NCBI GenBank assembly: GCA_030704615.1
Contig: CM060732.1
Location: 372,001 to 436,000, forward strand
Length of the DNA stretch: 64,000 nt
Direction of reading: 5' to 3'
Origin: Takakia lepidozioides
Taxonomy: Eukaryota > Plantae > Bryophyta
Below, piece after piece: positions 50,801 through 63,855 of this stretch (its first letter is position 1; each line of letters starts with the position of its first letter). Position numbers and translations under genes: made by a program. The notes beneath the pieces were generated by a model. It did no database searches and was not told the DNA's origin. It saw only the letters and a list, made by a program, of their open reading frames with translations.

Positions 50801-51550
50801 ATACCAAGACCAAGGAGGTAGCAAGTATTGTCATGGGATGCGGGTTATACTACGCTGCGTTTTCTAGTACGTATCACATTGAGCAACAAAGATGCAAGCA
50901 CGCTTTCTGAGTTATTCCAGTGGGGATCATTGGGTATTACCTTCGGTGCCACCTCATATGTACTTATGACGCAAAGTTATGATGCAAAAGGATGCTCAAA
51001 TTCGTTCATGGTTTCAAGCGGCCTAGAACAATTTGTCAACACATAAATTCGGCATTGATGATATTTTCTATAAGGGACATGTGGCTGGAAATACTTGCAC
51101 GCTCCAGTAATTGGTACCCTACTCACCTGGACAGACAAGGAGCTCAGTGTCCACACCAATTTTGTTGTTCAGCGGTTACACCAAGTTATAAAATATAACT
51201 TCCAGACATGGTAGGACAGCATTGTATGCCCCAGAGGATTCCACAAAAAGTTCGAAAATTAAAAAAAACACCTGAGAGGCGATGAGGATTCTGATACAAC
51301 TGTTTCTTCACCGAATTCTTTTGACATGGGAGAAAGACTATGCAATTCAGATGGCAGAGAAGAAGCGACGGGGTCTCCTATGCCTGAAAGGTTACCTCGA
51401 TATCAGCCTCCAGAGGGCCTCACTTATCCAGGTAGTGATCAACCCTCTCCATCAAACAGACAGACCTCGGGCTCGTACACACAGTCCGCCACGAAACTCT
51501 CAACGTCAGAAAGGTGCTCACTCACAAATGTTTGCTAATCGCAATCACAC
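47900..51550 (+). pseudogene. Extra 3' ORF region of family 1, copy 1 (putative plant transposon-protein-like domain + coiled coil)
   Basis: ...KGQEVQWADIMYNA(LV)EEMKR...IIVSGPIIAQIL; long coiled coil at 49446-50340; conserved in copy 2. Confidence 0.6.
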
Positions 51551-51558
51551 CGGCTTTT

Positions 51559-51572
51559 GAGGGGGGAAGGGG
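51559..51572 (+). promoter_or_regulatory. Polypurine tract
   Basis: gaggggggaagggg just before the LTR; equivalent at 60844-60857. Confidence 0.85.
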
Positions 51573-51575
51573 TAA

Positions 51576-52679
51576 TGTTAGAGGACTGTCTGGGACTTAG
51601 ACACTTATACGGGATCTGTAGGGTACCTTAATTTTGCACAGCTGAGACCAACAGGAGCCTTAGGGGTGACAGCAGCGCACTGTAGAGGGGGGGTTACACA
51701 GCCCATCACAGCCGACACAGCCGACACAAGCCCGTCACAGTCGTCACAACCGACACAGCCAACACACCCGTCACCCCACACAGCCCACACAGCCCGTCAC
51801 AATCATCACAACACCGACACAGCCAACACAGCCCGACACAACGACACAGCCGTCACAATCTTCACAGCCGACACAGCCGACACAGCCCGTCACAGTCTCA
51901 CACACAAGCCGACACAGCACAACACAGACCGTCACAGCCGACACAGCCAACAACAACACGCCCTCACAGTCGCACAGCCAGTCACAGCCCGTCACAGTTT
52001 CACACAGCCAGTCACAGCTTGACACAGCTGTCACGACCATAGGGAACGGAGAGCAGGACAGGGAACGACTGTGGGAACAACACCTGCATATGGAACATGT
52101 TAGTTCACGGACGACGGTTAGTGAGGGAAACGGTTAGAGCCACCACGGGTAGGAAGATAAAGGGAGAAGCAGGGAATTTTGGGGGGGATGATTATTATTC
52201 GGAGGAGGACTTCTGGGTCATGCATGAGAGGAGATGGAGCGAGAGGAGGATCGGAAGCAAGATGGGGAGCACGGTGAAGGAGGAAAGAGGATTAGTAGAT
52301 GCTTGTTATATGCAAAGCGATAGTGATATAGTAGAGCAGATTAGAAACACAATGGCTTCGGCCTGATACCTGATAAATCATAATCGGATACTTTTACGAT
52401 ACAATCACACTGTGTAGAGAGATCTGAGTGAAGCTGTGGAATGAATGGATGAGTTGATGGATCCAATAGATTGATAAAGCAACTGATACTTAATTATCAA
52501 TGGTAAGGTAGCTAACATGAATGCCAAAAGGGAAACAAATAGGAAACACCCCATGATACACTAGCTGTAGGTCATGACTGATGTTCTGCGGGCTGAGTAC
52601 TTAGAGATTTTCCAACTCTTCTATCTTGGAGTTTCCGCCTCGAATAGCGAATGGATGGGTGAGTAAAAGCCGCGCGACA
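51576..52679 (+). repeat. 3' LTR, Ty3 family 1 (copy 1)
   Basis: TGTTAGAGG...CGCGACA, preceded by the polypurine tract. Confidence 0.92.
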
Positions 52680-55600
52680 ATACCTCCAGTCGTTGAGGAA
52701 GATGATGATAATGAAGGTGGCAGTGATATGCCTGAAGATGATGAGGCATGGAGAGATGAGAAGGAACTGCACAAGGAAGTGGCAGATACCATAAGGGAAA
52801 TGCAGAAGAGTACTGATATTCCTGTGGCAGATTCCTCTGATTCTGATGGAGAAGAAGAAGTGAGTGAGGATGAAAGAAAAAGAAGATTGTACATGCAGAG
52901 TAATGAAGGGACTTTGGCTAAAGTAATATGCCAGGACCCAAAGCAGAGATTACCATTGGACAGCTATTGGCTGTGGCCACTTATTGTAGACACAGGTGTA
53001 TCAAGCAATCAATCGAATTGCCCAGGAGACAGGAAACACAGACCTGAAACAGCAATGTGACCAGTTATAATTGAAGCCGGAAAAGGGCGAGAAACAGTCA
53101 TGGCTTGATGATTCTATGCCAGTAATCCAATTGAGAATTGGAACGCACAGAACTAACTGATGTACTAATAGATGGAGGCTCAGGAGTAAATAGCATGACA
53201 AGACCAAGTAAGAAATAAAGCTTGGTCTAAGTAACATGAAACCAGCCCCATTTACAGTAACATGGCAGATAAAAGAAGTGTACAGCCTTTGGGATTAATA
53301 AGAGGAGTTAAGATACGTACAAAGATGATCTTTATGATACAGTAACGGGTGTTGAAAGTGGATGAAGTCATGGAGGCTTACTCCTTATTATTGGGACGTC
53401 GTGGCTGAAACAGCCAGGGTATTCCATGACTGGAATTCTCCGTTACTAACCGGGCAAATGGATGGCGAAGATACAAATTTACCACAGAACTCTAGTAGAT
53501 TACCTATACGAGAAGACCTCGAGGGGGTCAGAGAGTAGAGTATGACTGGAGAGGAGGACTGGATGAGGAGCAGGAAGCTACCCTGTTTGTGCACACCCAG
53601 AGTGGGACAGGTTAGAGATGCGGCTGGAAGGCCTAAGTTGTTTAAGGGGTATCTGCGTGGTTGTAGTGTCAGCAACACCAATTGAAGAGGAAACCAGCAG
53701 TTACCCATCACATCTATGAAGAAAAGAGAAGAAAAGAAAGGAAATCCTAGAGGAACCAGCCATGTGAGTTTTACAGGATGAAGTGGTGACTGGTTGGACA
53801 ATCACAGGCTGATGAGCAGTGAGGGAAGTGAATGTGGGAACTAAAGAGGAACCGGATGGTGAAGGTAGGAGCTGATTTGGAGCCATAATTCTTTGAAGAA
53901 GCTAGAGTTTGTTCATCAATACAGAGATGTATTTGCTTGGAGCTATGAGGATCTAAAAGGATACACCTGAAATCTATCAGCATAAGATTGAACTGGAACC
54001 AGGGTCAGTACCAATCAAGCAGGCGAGGTACAGAATGAATCCCAACTACGCACAGAAGGTTGGAGAAGAGATCAAGAAGTTGGCTGAGGCTAAGTTTAAT
54101 ACCCAATAGAGTACACAAACTTGGTTGTCACCCATTGTGATAGTTCCCAAGAAGAATGGTAAACTAAGAGTTTGTGTGAACTACAGAATACTGAATGTTT
54201 GTACGAAGAAAGATCCTTTCCCTTTGCATTCACAAGAGCAGTATTAGACACTGTGGCAGGCCATGAGATGTACTCATTCATGGATGGCTTCAGTGGTTAT
54301 AATCAAGTGCAAGTGGAGAAGAGACCAAGGAAAGACAGCTTTTCATCACAGACTGGGGTGCTTATGCATACAAAGTCATGCCCTTGGACTTTGTATGCAC
54401 CAGCAAACTTTCAGAGAGTGATAAGTGAATCTTTGCATGAGTATCTGGATGATTTCATGCATGTGTTCTTGGATGATTTCAGTGTGTACAGCTCTAAGAA
54501 TGAGCACTGGCAAATTGGAGTTATGTCTGGCCAGATGCTGATGAGAGGTCTGGGCCCTGAATCTAGAGAAGTGTACTTTCTGTGTGAACTCAGGGGTATT
54601 CTGGGACACATTGTGTGTAAGAGGGGATTTCTTGGGATCCCAGGAAAACAGAGGCCATTAAAGACTCTCCACCACCAATGAATGTTAAGAGTCTAAGGAG
54701 ATTCCTTGGACAAACCAGCATACAGAAGATTTGTCAGACGGTATGCACAGATAGCAGCACCATTGAGCAAACTTCTGAAGAAAGATGCAGTGTTTGCATG
54801 GACACCGATGTCAACAGGCTTTTGAGGACTTACATGTCAGTAAAACTACCCTGTGCTGATTATCCTCACTGGCAGGAAATATTTCATGTTCCTGTGATGC
54901 TTCTGGAAAAGCACTAGGAGCAGTGTTAGCCCAAAATGTTACAGGACGGGATAGATTCACCTGTGTACTATGCTAGCCGATTGATGAACATGCCGAAGAA
55001 AATTATAGCACAACAGAAAGAGAAGCATTGGCAAATGATCTATGCAGTGAGAAGAAATTCCGGCATTACCTGGGGGCAAGAAGTTTTGTTCTATGTGGAT
55101 CACCAAGCTCTGATATACCTGGTAAACAAACCTCTGAAAGCGGAAGAATAGAAGATGGTTGAAATCTTGCATGGGTTTGAGTTGAGGTTGTTTATAAAAG
55201 CCTAAGCGGCTGCATATTCTGGCGGATCACTTGCACGGTTATCACAGGAGAACCAGCCACGGGAGTAGATGATCAATTACAGATGCGAGTTTATTTGCAG
55301 TGGAGGTGCAGAAGTGGCAGATGACTAGTTTAGATTGGCAGTGGCCAAATTCAGATAATACCATTGCTCATGGTCAGTGCCCACCCAAGTATGGAAAGGA
55401 GAAGAGAAAGAGAATTGCTATCAAGGCTCTCCTGACACTATGGTAGGGAGCAGAATGTATAAGCTAGGACCAGATGGAGTGCTGAAGCGATGCTTATACC
55501 ACATGCTGTATGAGAACATACTTACACGATTTGGCTGTCCCTTGGAATTTATCAGTGATCAGGAAGTCATCATTAATGAGACCATTGAATTATTGACTAA

Positions 55601-56291
55601 AGAGTTCATGGATTGGCATGGAAGAGTAAACATATACCCACAGGGTAAGGGCAGGCAGAGGCTACCAACAAATACTATGTACTATCTTGACCTAGATAGC
55701 CGCAAACAGAACGGATGGGAATTACAAAGCTGCTGACAGGTTTTGTGGTCATACAGGACTTCATATAAAGTCACCACTAAGTATACACCATTCAATTAGT
55801 TATGGTATGGAAGCTTTACTTCCAGTGGAATTCTGTTACCTACCATGAGAACGAATGGGGGGAAAGAGGATGGAATTGCAAGATTCCATTAAGGTCAGGA
55901 AACATGAATTATCCATGTGGAAGAAGTACGTGCTGAGGCAGGATAATATGACCAGAATTCAGATGAAGAGAAAAGGAAAGCTTGATGAAGGCAAGTTAAA
56001 ACTTTTAAGACGGGAAATTGGTTCTATGGCTGCAGAAGAAGGGAAGATTAAAGCTTCTAAGTTAAATCACCATGGAAAGGACCTTAGTCATACAAAAGAT
56101 GTATGATAAACACACCGCCATGTTACAACCCATTAACAAAGACAAGAAATGCTGGGAAGAGTCAATGCAATAAGTTCAAAGGGTACAGTGGTATCCATGA
56201 CAAACCTTGCAGCATGATTGGCATGTTGAAACGTAAAAGCAGTCATGGGCTGCGCCAGTTTACCACCGGAGTATGGAGCACTTGTCGCTAA
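52680..56291 (+). pseudogene. pol: Ty3 family 1 gag-pol linker and pol, copy 2 (heavily frameshifted, integrase partly deleted)
   Basis: Parallel to 43567-47161; YSFMDGFSGYNQ, FLDDF; KRCLYH is joined to LYENIL at ~55503. Confidence 0.9.
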
Positions 56292-57029
56292 TAGGCCAAG
56301 CTAATGACCAGGCCTGGGCGGGCAGAACAAGCGCGACACAACCTATCACAGCCATCAAGCGCGACACAGCCTATCACAGCCATCAAGGCGCAACATAAGC
56401 CTATCACAGCCAATCACGGACCTGACACCGCTATCACAGCCCATCAAGGCGCGAACAACATATCACAACCTACAAGCATGTCAAGCCTATCACAGCTTAC
56501 CAAGTGATCACAGACTATCACGGCGTACCACAGTATGAAACAGCCTGTCAAAGCTTAACACAGCCTACTAGGGTGACACAATCCATAGAATCAGTGACAG
56601 GTGGACGCCTGATAACTTCACGAAATGGCCGGCGAAAGAAAGGACGGAAGCAGTTTAAGAAAGGGACACGGGGAAGTCAAGGCGCAACACACAGCTGAGA
56701 AGAAAGTGCAAGAACAGATGTCATCAAGAAAGAGGACAAGAATGGCCGTCAAAACACATAGCACGTCAATTCGGAGAATGGCGGGCCCATTAATGAATAC
56801 GGAAAAGGGGCACAGAAACAAACGGCAAGTACAGAAAAGCGAAATTCTTGTCACATGTGTTATCCTAGTGGACAGTCCAGCAGGGAAAGTCCACTAAAGA
56901 AAATTAAATCTAAAATCCAGTCACAGCGGATTACAGCCAATCGAAAGCCAGAAAAAGGATCAAGAAATTGGAGGAATTTAAGCGCAAGAGTCGGCGTCGT
57001 TCTCATTAACGTGCGTCTCGACGAGACAA

Positions 57030-60000
57030 ACCATCAATGCTATAGCTTTGAAGCTATGGAGGAATTAACAGACTATACGCTCGCAATATTACTTACGCAG
57101 TGGCATAGGGACAAAAGAACAGAGCGGATCTTTTCTCTTGATCGATGCTTGCAAGCCCCGTAGGCTTACAAGAAATTACCCATAGCTTTTTGTGGCAACC
57201 ATACGTTTATGCTTTGTGCCTTGCAGGACATTTCTTCAATTGTTACAGCCAAAACATTTTCTGTCAGTCTAGAATGAAGAGAGGAGAGGAATGGAAGAAA
57301 TCAGGGTGAAGAGCACCACAATCCTGCAAAAACAAACGATTGCTACTCCACAGGGGTAAAGTTACTGAAGGAGCTGCGATTGGAAGGATTGCAAAGCAAA
57401 GATTGGACATTGCACCATAGATAGTACATGTTACAATTCTTGCAGAACTTTGAGCCAATGACAGGAGTAACAACGGTGAAGGGAGTTGAATTAGTAATTT
57501 ACCCCCTATACCTACAGCAATTTTCGATGCCAGCAGGTCAGGTGCATGTGGAGGAAGGAGGCAAGGGCAAGACTAACTGCAAATAGGGGACTTATTCCAA
57601 GAAGGGAGTTTCTTTACTTTCAAACTCAGGATTATGCTTGTACCAAGGCGTGTCCCCAGGGCTAAGGGGGTAGGCCAGGTATTGAACGTTCTGATTTGCC
57701 ATGAAACAGAACAAACAGTTTGAGCAGATCCTTCACAGAAGCAATACTTCAAAGCCCTGAGAGGAGAAGAGGTAGTAGAATGGGCGGCATAATGTACAAC
57801 GCACTGGTAGAGGAAATGAAAAGATTACAGGGTACTGCCGCAAAGTCTCCTATCATAGTGTCTGGCCCAATCATTGCTCAAATAATTCTTGATTCTGGCA
57901 TACTTGATGCTCGAGAAAGAAAGGAGATGGGAGTGTTTGAGCCAGAATCCACTGCAATGGAAGAGCAAGGCTCTTCAACAGTGAGGGTGGACTGGCAGGG
58001 CAACCCGAGACTAAGAGACAGAGGCGGGGAAAGACTGTAGTGGCGGATCCACTGGCTTCACGGAATCCGCATGATAATGTTTCCCAAGCTCTTGTGCAGG
58101 AAGGGGCACAGCAGCACAGAGACCTGCTATTACTCGAAGCAGGACCTTCAGAGAGGGAAGAGGAAGTTACTTCAGTATCACAGCCATCACAGCCAGATGA
58201 TCGGCTTGTCACAGAGTTACCACAAGTTGTCCATGCAGTTCACCAGAAATAATTGATTTGGAAAAAGAAGGGTTAGATATTCCCACTACAGAACAGGTGG
58301 TGGCAGAAATTGAAGAAGTGGGGGACCTTCTCTATGCATGTTCTGGTATGGTAAAGGACACAGTGATTCCGGAGGTGCAACGGTTGTCCAGGGGAACCTG
58401 CGGTGCATATAATACACACACTTGTGACGGAGGTACCACAGGTATAGAATGTCAGACACTGCCAGCACGGTGACGGATGAAGTGGTTCAGGAAGAAAATC
58501 TGGGGGCAATGGCCTGAGTGGTTCGTAAGGCATCACACTGTTGAGGATCAGGGAGAACAGCAACAAGCTCACCAAGATGACCCTCAACAGGCCATGCTTA
58601 TGAGTTCCATAAGCATGACACTTAATTTATTGGGTACTTATGTCAAATCCCATGTTCCCACTACTCAATTGGTAGCTTGAGGGAGGAACTCAGGAAGGAG
58701 TTTGAGGCTCAACTTGCCACAAAGTGTGCAAACAAGGTCGATGAAGAGGTCACTCTCAAGATGCAGCAAGACTTGGAGAGTACAGAAGCGGCTTGCAATG
58801 GGCCAGGAACAATTGATTGAGGCAGGCTCGCGCAAGACCAGTTGCACGAAGCACATAAGCAACAGCTATACCAAATGCAGGTGAAGCATGAAAGCAAGTT
58901 GCAACAAGTGAATGCACTACATACGGAGTTGCAGACAGTGCATGACACGATGGCCATCCAATGTGCTACACTCACAACTATGCTTGAACAATCTACAATA
59001 GAAATAAACAGTCAAGCGGAAAGATGTACGAAGGCAGAGGCAGAGAATGTTGAGCAAGTGAAACTCATTGTCGATATGAAGAATACACATCTGTCGCAAT
59101 GAGGATACTTTCAAGCAATACAGGCAGGTTGAAGCTGACCAAGAGAGGCACATCCTGGAGTTGCAACAAACGGTCATGGCCAATAGAAATGAAATCTGGT
59201 CACTAACAAGGCTTGGAAGGAAGCCAATAATCTGCTGCTGCCTATGCGAATTTGGTTGAACCTCATGCGAAGCGCATGGGGCTTTACAACAACAGTTAGA
59301 TATGTACAAACTCAGAGAGGAGCAGACTCTCAGAGGTACCACAAGCAACTTGGTGGATAACCACCTATGCAGGTCTGGTTAGCACAAGGGCCAGTGGAGG
59401 GCAAAGCACCACGAAAGCTCACCCAAAGCGAGATGAATGAGCTCAAACTGCAAGTGCAGAACATTGCCACAACTACTATAGACAATGTCTATAGTAGATA
59501 GCGGAGTTACAGGAGGATGTAGACGGCCTGCAGACTCAAGTGGAGGACCTCACTTCAAATATCGACAAGAGAGTCTGTGTACCTGAGGAACAGCTAATGG
59601 CTTCTTATTTTAAAGCGAGAACTTTGGTTTTCAGTCTTCTTCACAGGAGTGCAGGAGATGCAATGGTACAAGAACCAGTGCCACCAACACCACAACAAGT
59701 CACTGTGCCAGTAGCTGACCCTGTGTTACTACAGCCACACCACAGCCACCACAGCCTGAGGTATGGGGGAATGCTGCTTTTACCCACCTAAAACTCCAGC
59801 TGCAAGGGAGTACAGTAGGGCTATGATTATGCCCTTCAACCAAATTCCCATTGTGTTGGATTTGGCTTGGAAAGAATTTAGTCCTCCGCAGTCATTGGCA
59901 CATTACTATCAAATATACGCATTGGCTGCCAGTGGCAACTAGAACTAAGGTTCTTCCAAACAATCGACCCATTGAGGATCATCAGTTTGCGCAGTACTGG

Positions 60001-60819
60001 CATGAGGCAAGTACCATGTTGAAGGAATTAATTGCCTTCCAAGTTGTACATGGATTCAATTATACCAAGACCAAGGAGGTAGCAAGTATTGTAGGGCCTG
60101 TGGGTTATACTACGCTGCTTGTTTTCTGGTACGTTATCACATTGAGCAGCACAAGATGCAATCGCGCTTTCTGAGTTATTCCAGTGGGGATCATTGGGTC
60201 TTACCTTCAGTGCCACCTCATATGTACCTATATGAGGCAAAAGTTATGATGCAAAAGGATTCTCAAATTCGTTCATGGTTTCATGCGGCCTGGAACAATT
60301 TGTCAAAACAGAAATTCGGCCCTGACGATATTTTCTTTAAGGGACAGGAGGCATGGAAATACTTACACAATTCACAAGTCATTGGTACCCCACTCACCTG
60401 GACAGACAAGGAGCTCAGGGTCTTCACCAATTTTGCCATTCAGCGTTTACAGCAAGTTTTAAAATTTAAACTTCCAGACATGGTAGGACAACATTGTATG
60501 CCCCAGAGGATTCCACAAAAAGTTCGGCAGTTAAAACACCTGAGAGGCGATGAGGATTCTGATACAACTGTTTCTTCAGCGGATTCTTTTGACATGGGAG
60601 AAGACTATGCAATTCAGATGGCAGAGAGAAGAAGCGACGGGGTCTCCTATGCCTGAAAGATTACCTCGATATCAGCCTCCAGAGGGCCTCACATATCCAG
60701 GTAGTGTTCAATCATCTCCGTCCACCAGTGACAGACCTCGGGCTCGTACACAAAGTCCTTCACGAGACTCTCAACGTCAGAAAGGTGCTCGCTTACAAAG
60801 GTTTGCTAATCCCAATTAG
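57030..60819 (+). pseudogene. Extra 3' ORF region, copy 2
   Basis: Parallel to 47900-51550. Confidence 0.6.
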
Positions 60820-60860
60820 TAAACCGTGAGGACACGGCTTTTTGAGAGGGGAATGGGTAA

Positions 60861-61857
60861 TGTTAGAGGACTGTCTGGGACTTAGACACTTATACGAGAT
60901 CTGTGGGGTACCCTTAATTTTTGCACAGACTGAGACCAACAGGAGCCTTAGGGGTGACAGCAGCGCACTTTAGAGGGGGGTTACACAGCCCGTCAAGCCA
61001 ACACAGCTCGTCACAGTCCAACACAGCCCGTCACAGCCAACACAGCTCGTCACTGTCCGACACAGCCCGTCACAGCCAACACAACCGACACAGCCAGACA
61101 CAGCCAGTCACAGCTCGACATAGTCGACACAGCCCAACACAGTCGCACAGCCAGTCACAGCTTGACACAGCTGTCACGACCATAGGGAACAGATAGCAGG
61201 ACAGGGAACGACTGTGGGGAACAACATCTGCGAATGGAACATGTTAGTACACGGATGACGGTTAGTGAGGGAAACGGTTAGAACAACGGGTAGGAAGATA
61301 AAGCCAGGAGCGAGGACGGGAGAAGGGGGACTTCTTGGGGGAATTCGGGGAGATGGGGCGAGGGATCACTTCTGGGGGGACTCCGGACATCACGGGAGGA
61401 AAGGAGGAGAGAGCGCATCTCTGAGCGGAAGGAGGGAGAGCACAAAGTAGGAGGAGGACGATCTGTTGATGCTTAATGAATGCAAGCAGTAGAGTTGTAA
61501 TATAGAGCAGATTAGAGACTCCATGGCTTCAGCCTGATACTCGATAGATATTAATCTGATACATACTTCATACTCATACTGTGTAGAGAGATCTGAGTGA
61601 AGCTGTGGAATAAATGGATGAGTTGATGGAATCCGATAGATTGCTGAAGCAAACTGATACTTAATTACCAACAGTAAGGTAACTAGTTAACATGAATGCA
61701 GGAAGGAAAACAAATAGGAAACACCCCCATGATACACTAGTTGTAGGTCATGACTGATTGTTCTGAGCGGGCTGAGTACTTAGAGATTTCCAACTCTTCT
61801 ATCTTGGAGTTTCCGCCTCGGATAGCGAAGGGATGGGTGAGTAAAAGCCGCGTGACA
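60861..61857 (+). repeat. 3' LTR, Ty3 family 1 (copy 2)
   Basis: TGTTAGAGG...CGTGACA, preceded by a polypurine tract. Confidence 0.92.
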
Positions 61858-62126
61858 GGATGTCTCTTCCTCTTTCGGCAGACGTTCAGCTGCTGCAAGT
61901 TCGGGGTTGTGGAGGGCAGTATCTGGCTCGAAGGCGAAGACATGCCTGTCGGACAACGTCTCTGTCCACATTGAAGCACCTGATGGACAAAGCGGGCAGT
62001 TAGTAGCATGCGGCATGCAATTGCAATCGGGCTAGGGACAAACTGTGCACGTGAAGGCTTACCCGTGCCGCATGTGAGGTCAAGAATCCGCCCTTGGACA
62101 TCCGAGCACGTCTCCATGAGGGTTTG
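61858..62126 (-). pseudogene. Two-exon fragment of a SAM-dependent methyltransferase (beta-class N4C/N6A DNA methylase-like C-terminal motifs)
   Basis: Splicing the 83-bp GTAAG...TACTAAC...CAG intron (62062-61980) gives QTLMETCSDVQGRILDLTCGTGASMWTETLSDRHVFAFEPD; bounded by LTRs on both sides. Confidence 0.7.
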
Positions 62127-62776
62127 TGTCACGGACATAGCCCAGAAGAACTTACCAGGATTCAATACCAGAAGTTACCAAGTTATCATGCTACCAAAAG
62201 TTACCATGACTTATCGTGATTTACCATGATCTACCATGATTTACCATTACTTACCAAGTTACCGGGAGTTTACTAAATTATCAAGAGTAACTTGGGAAAC
62301 TACTCAGGAAGCTTCCTTTGGAGGAAACTTCTCCATCAAGATACCTCATTTGTTTAAGGAAGCTTCTCCATCAAGAAACCTTTGTTCAATCTTGGAAACT
62401 TCTCCAGCAAGAAACCTCCATAGGGGAAGCTTCTTGGGGAAGCTTCTTAGTAGCCAGTATGTAGGAGGCGAGACTAGACACTCTTCAGTCTCTCCAACAC
62501 CAGTTCAAGCTACTCTTGTTTCCAGTTCCCAGTACTCCAGTCCAGTTCCCAGTACTCTAGCCCAGTTTCCAGTATCTGGTACTCCAGTCCAGTTTCCAGC
62601 ATTCCAGTATTCAAGTCGTGTTCCAATATCTTGTACTCTTGTTCATTGTTATAAAGATCGTCTTGATTCATATTTACTCATCGTGCATTCGGCCACGCCG
62701 ACCTTGACTTCTTGTCTAGCATTGTACCTCTAGTTTTATCTCTTGTTTGTGTTCAGTCATGTTCTCGTATTTGACA
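62127..62776 (+). repeat. Probable 5' LTR of Ty3 family 3
   Basis: TGTCA...TGACA ends, followed by gtttggcgag and the gag start 39 nt later; single copy in the window. Confidence 0.7.
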
Positions 62777-62814
62777 GTTTGGCGAGACTAAAGTTTGTTC
62801 TTTAGTTAGTTAAG

Positions 62815-63855
62815 ATGGAAGGCACATTTGCGGAAATGGTCACCACATTGCAGAGTCTTCAGCTCCAGATGCAAGAACTTTGTACATCTACCGCCCAATT
62901 GCAAGCTGATCAGTCTCAAGATCTTGACAACGCTCTCCACAATTTGCAACAACAAATTTCAGAGTTAAAGGAGTCGAACAATGGATCTTCAACCATACGA
63001 GTCCATACTGCAACAGCTCCTACTGCAACGGTTCCTCTTCAACAGATTACGAGAGAACCAAAGATCAGCATGCCCGAGAAATTTGATGGGACGAGATCAA
63101 GATTTCACGGTTTTGTTCAACAAGTACGACTGTTCCTACGACTACATCCACAATGCTACCCCGATGAAGGTATTCAAGTGGGATTCGTGGGCACCCTTCT
63201 ATCAGGCACTGCCCTATCTTGGTTTGCACCGCTATTAGAAAAAAATTCGCATTTACTATATAATTTTGAAGCATTCATGTCCGAGTTCATTGCAACGTTT
63301 GGAGAGAATGATAGAGAGAGAGTTGCAGAAACAAAGATGCAAAATCTTCGACAAGGAACACGTCCTGCTTCCGTTTATGCTGCCGAATTTCGACAACTTG
63401 CGTGCGACCTCGACTGGAATGAGAAGAGCCTCATTAGTCAGTTTCGATGTGGACTAAAAGATGATGTAAAAGATTTGTTGCTGACAATGCCAAACGTGAG
63501 CACACTAAGTGAATTCATCACCCAAGTCATTGCATGCGATAATCGTTTGTTCGAAAGACGTCAAGAGAAGCGATCTGGATTGTCGACGACGCATCATGTC
63601 ACTGTTACTACGACACCAAATACAACGATCCATCAGACATCCAGTAGTGATCCTATGCAGATTGATGTTGTCCGATTCAAACCATTGACGCCACAAGAAA
63701 AACAAAGACGGCGCTCGAATGGATTATGCCTCTATTGCGGAGAAGAAGATCACATAGCATTAAACTGCCCCAACAAGAGAAGATTCAAAGCCCGGGGCAC
63801 AACTCAAGTGTTCGATACGAGGAGGTTGGAAAACGACGATGTCCAGTCACAGTAG
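62815..63855 (+). CDS. gag: Ty3 Gag (uninterrupted ORF, 346 aa)
   Basis: MPEKFDG, LLSGTALSW, LRQG, YAAEFRQL, GLKDDVK, PMQID, CLYCGEEDHIALNC. Confidence 0.93.
   Translation: MEGTFAEMVTTLQSLQLQMQELCTSTAQLQADQSQDLDNALHNLQQQISELKESNNGSSTIRVHTATAPTATVPLQQITREPKISMPEKFDGTRSRFHGFVQQVRLFLRLHPQCYPDEGIQVGFVGTLLSGTALSWFAPLLEKNSHLLYNFEAFMSEFIATFGENDRERVAETKMQNLRQGTRPASVYAAEFRQLACDLDWNEKSLISQFRCGLKDDVKDLLLTMPNVSTLSEFITQVIACDNRLFERRQEKRSGLSTTHHVTVTTTPNTTIHQTSSSDPMQIDVVRFKPLTPQEKQRRRSNGLCLYCGEEDHIALNCPNKRRFKARGTTQVFDTRRLENDDVQSQ

Noticed and set aside
52680-60860. Using frameshift density to date the elements
   Set aside because: Many are 1-nt indels that could be uncorrected long-read errors.
30487-61857. 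One intact full-length LTR retrotransposon
   Set aside because: No matching TSD for either 3' LTR, and the interior is rearranged and contains two pol copies.
61737-62165. 142-aa ORF as a complete protein
   Set aside because: Chimeric: both ends lie in LTRs and the middle reads through an intron.
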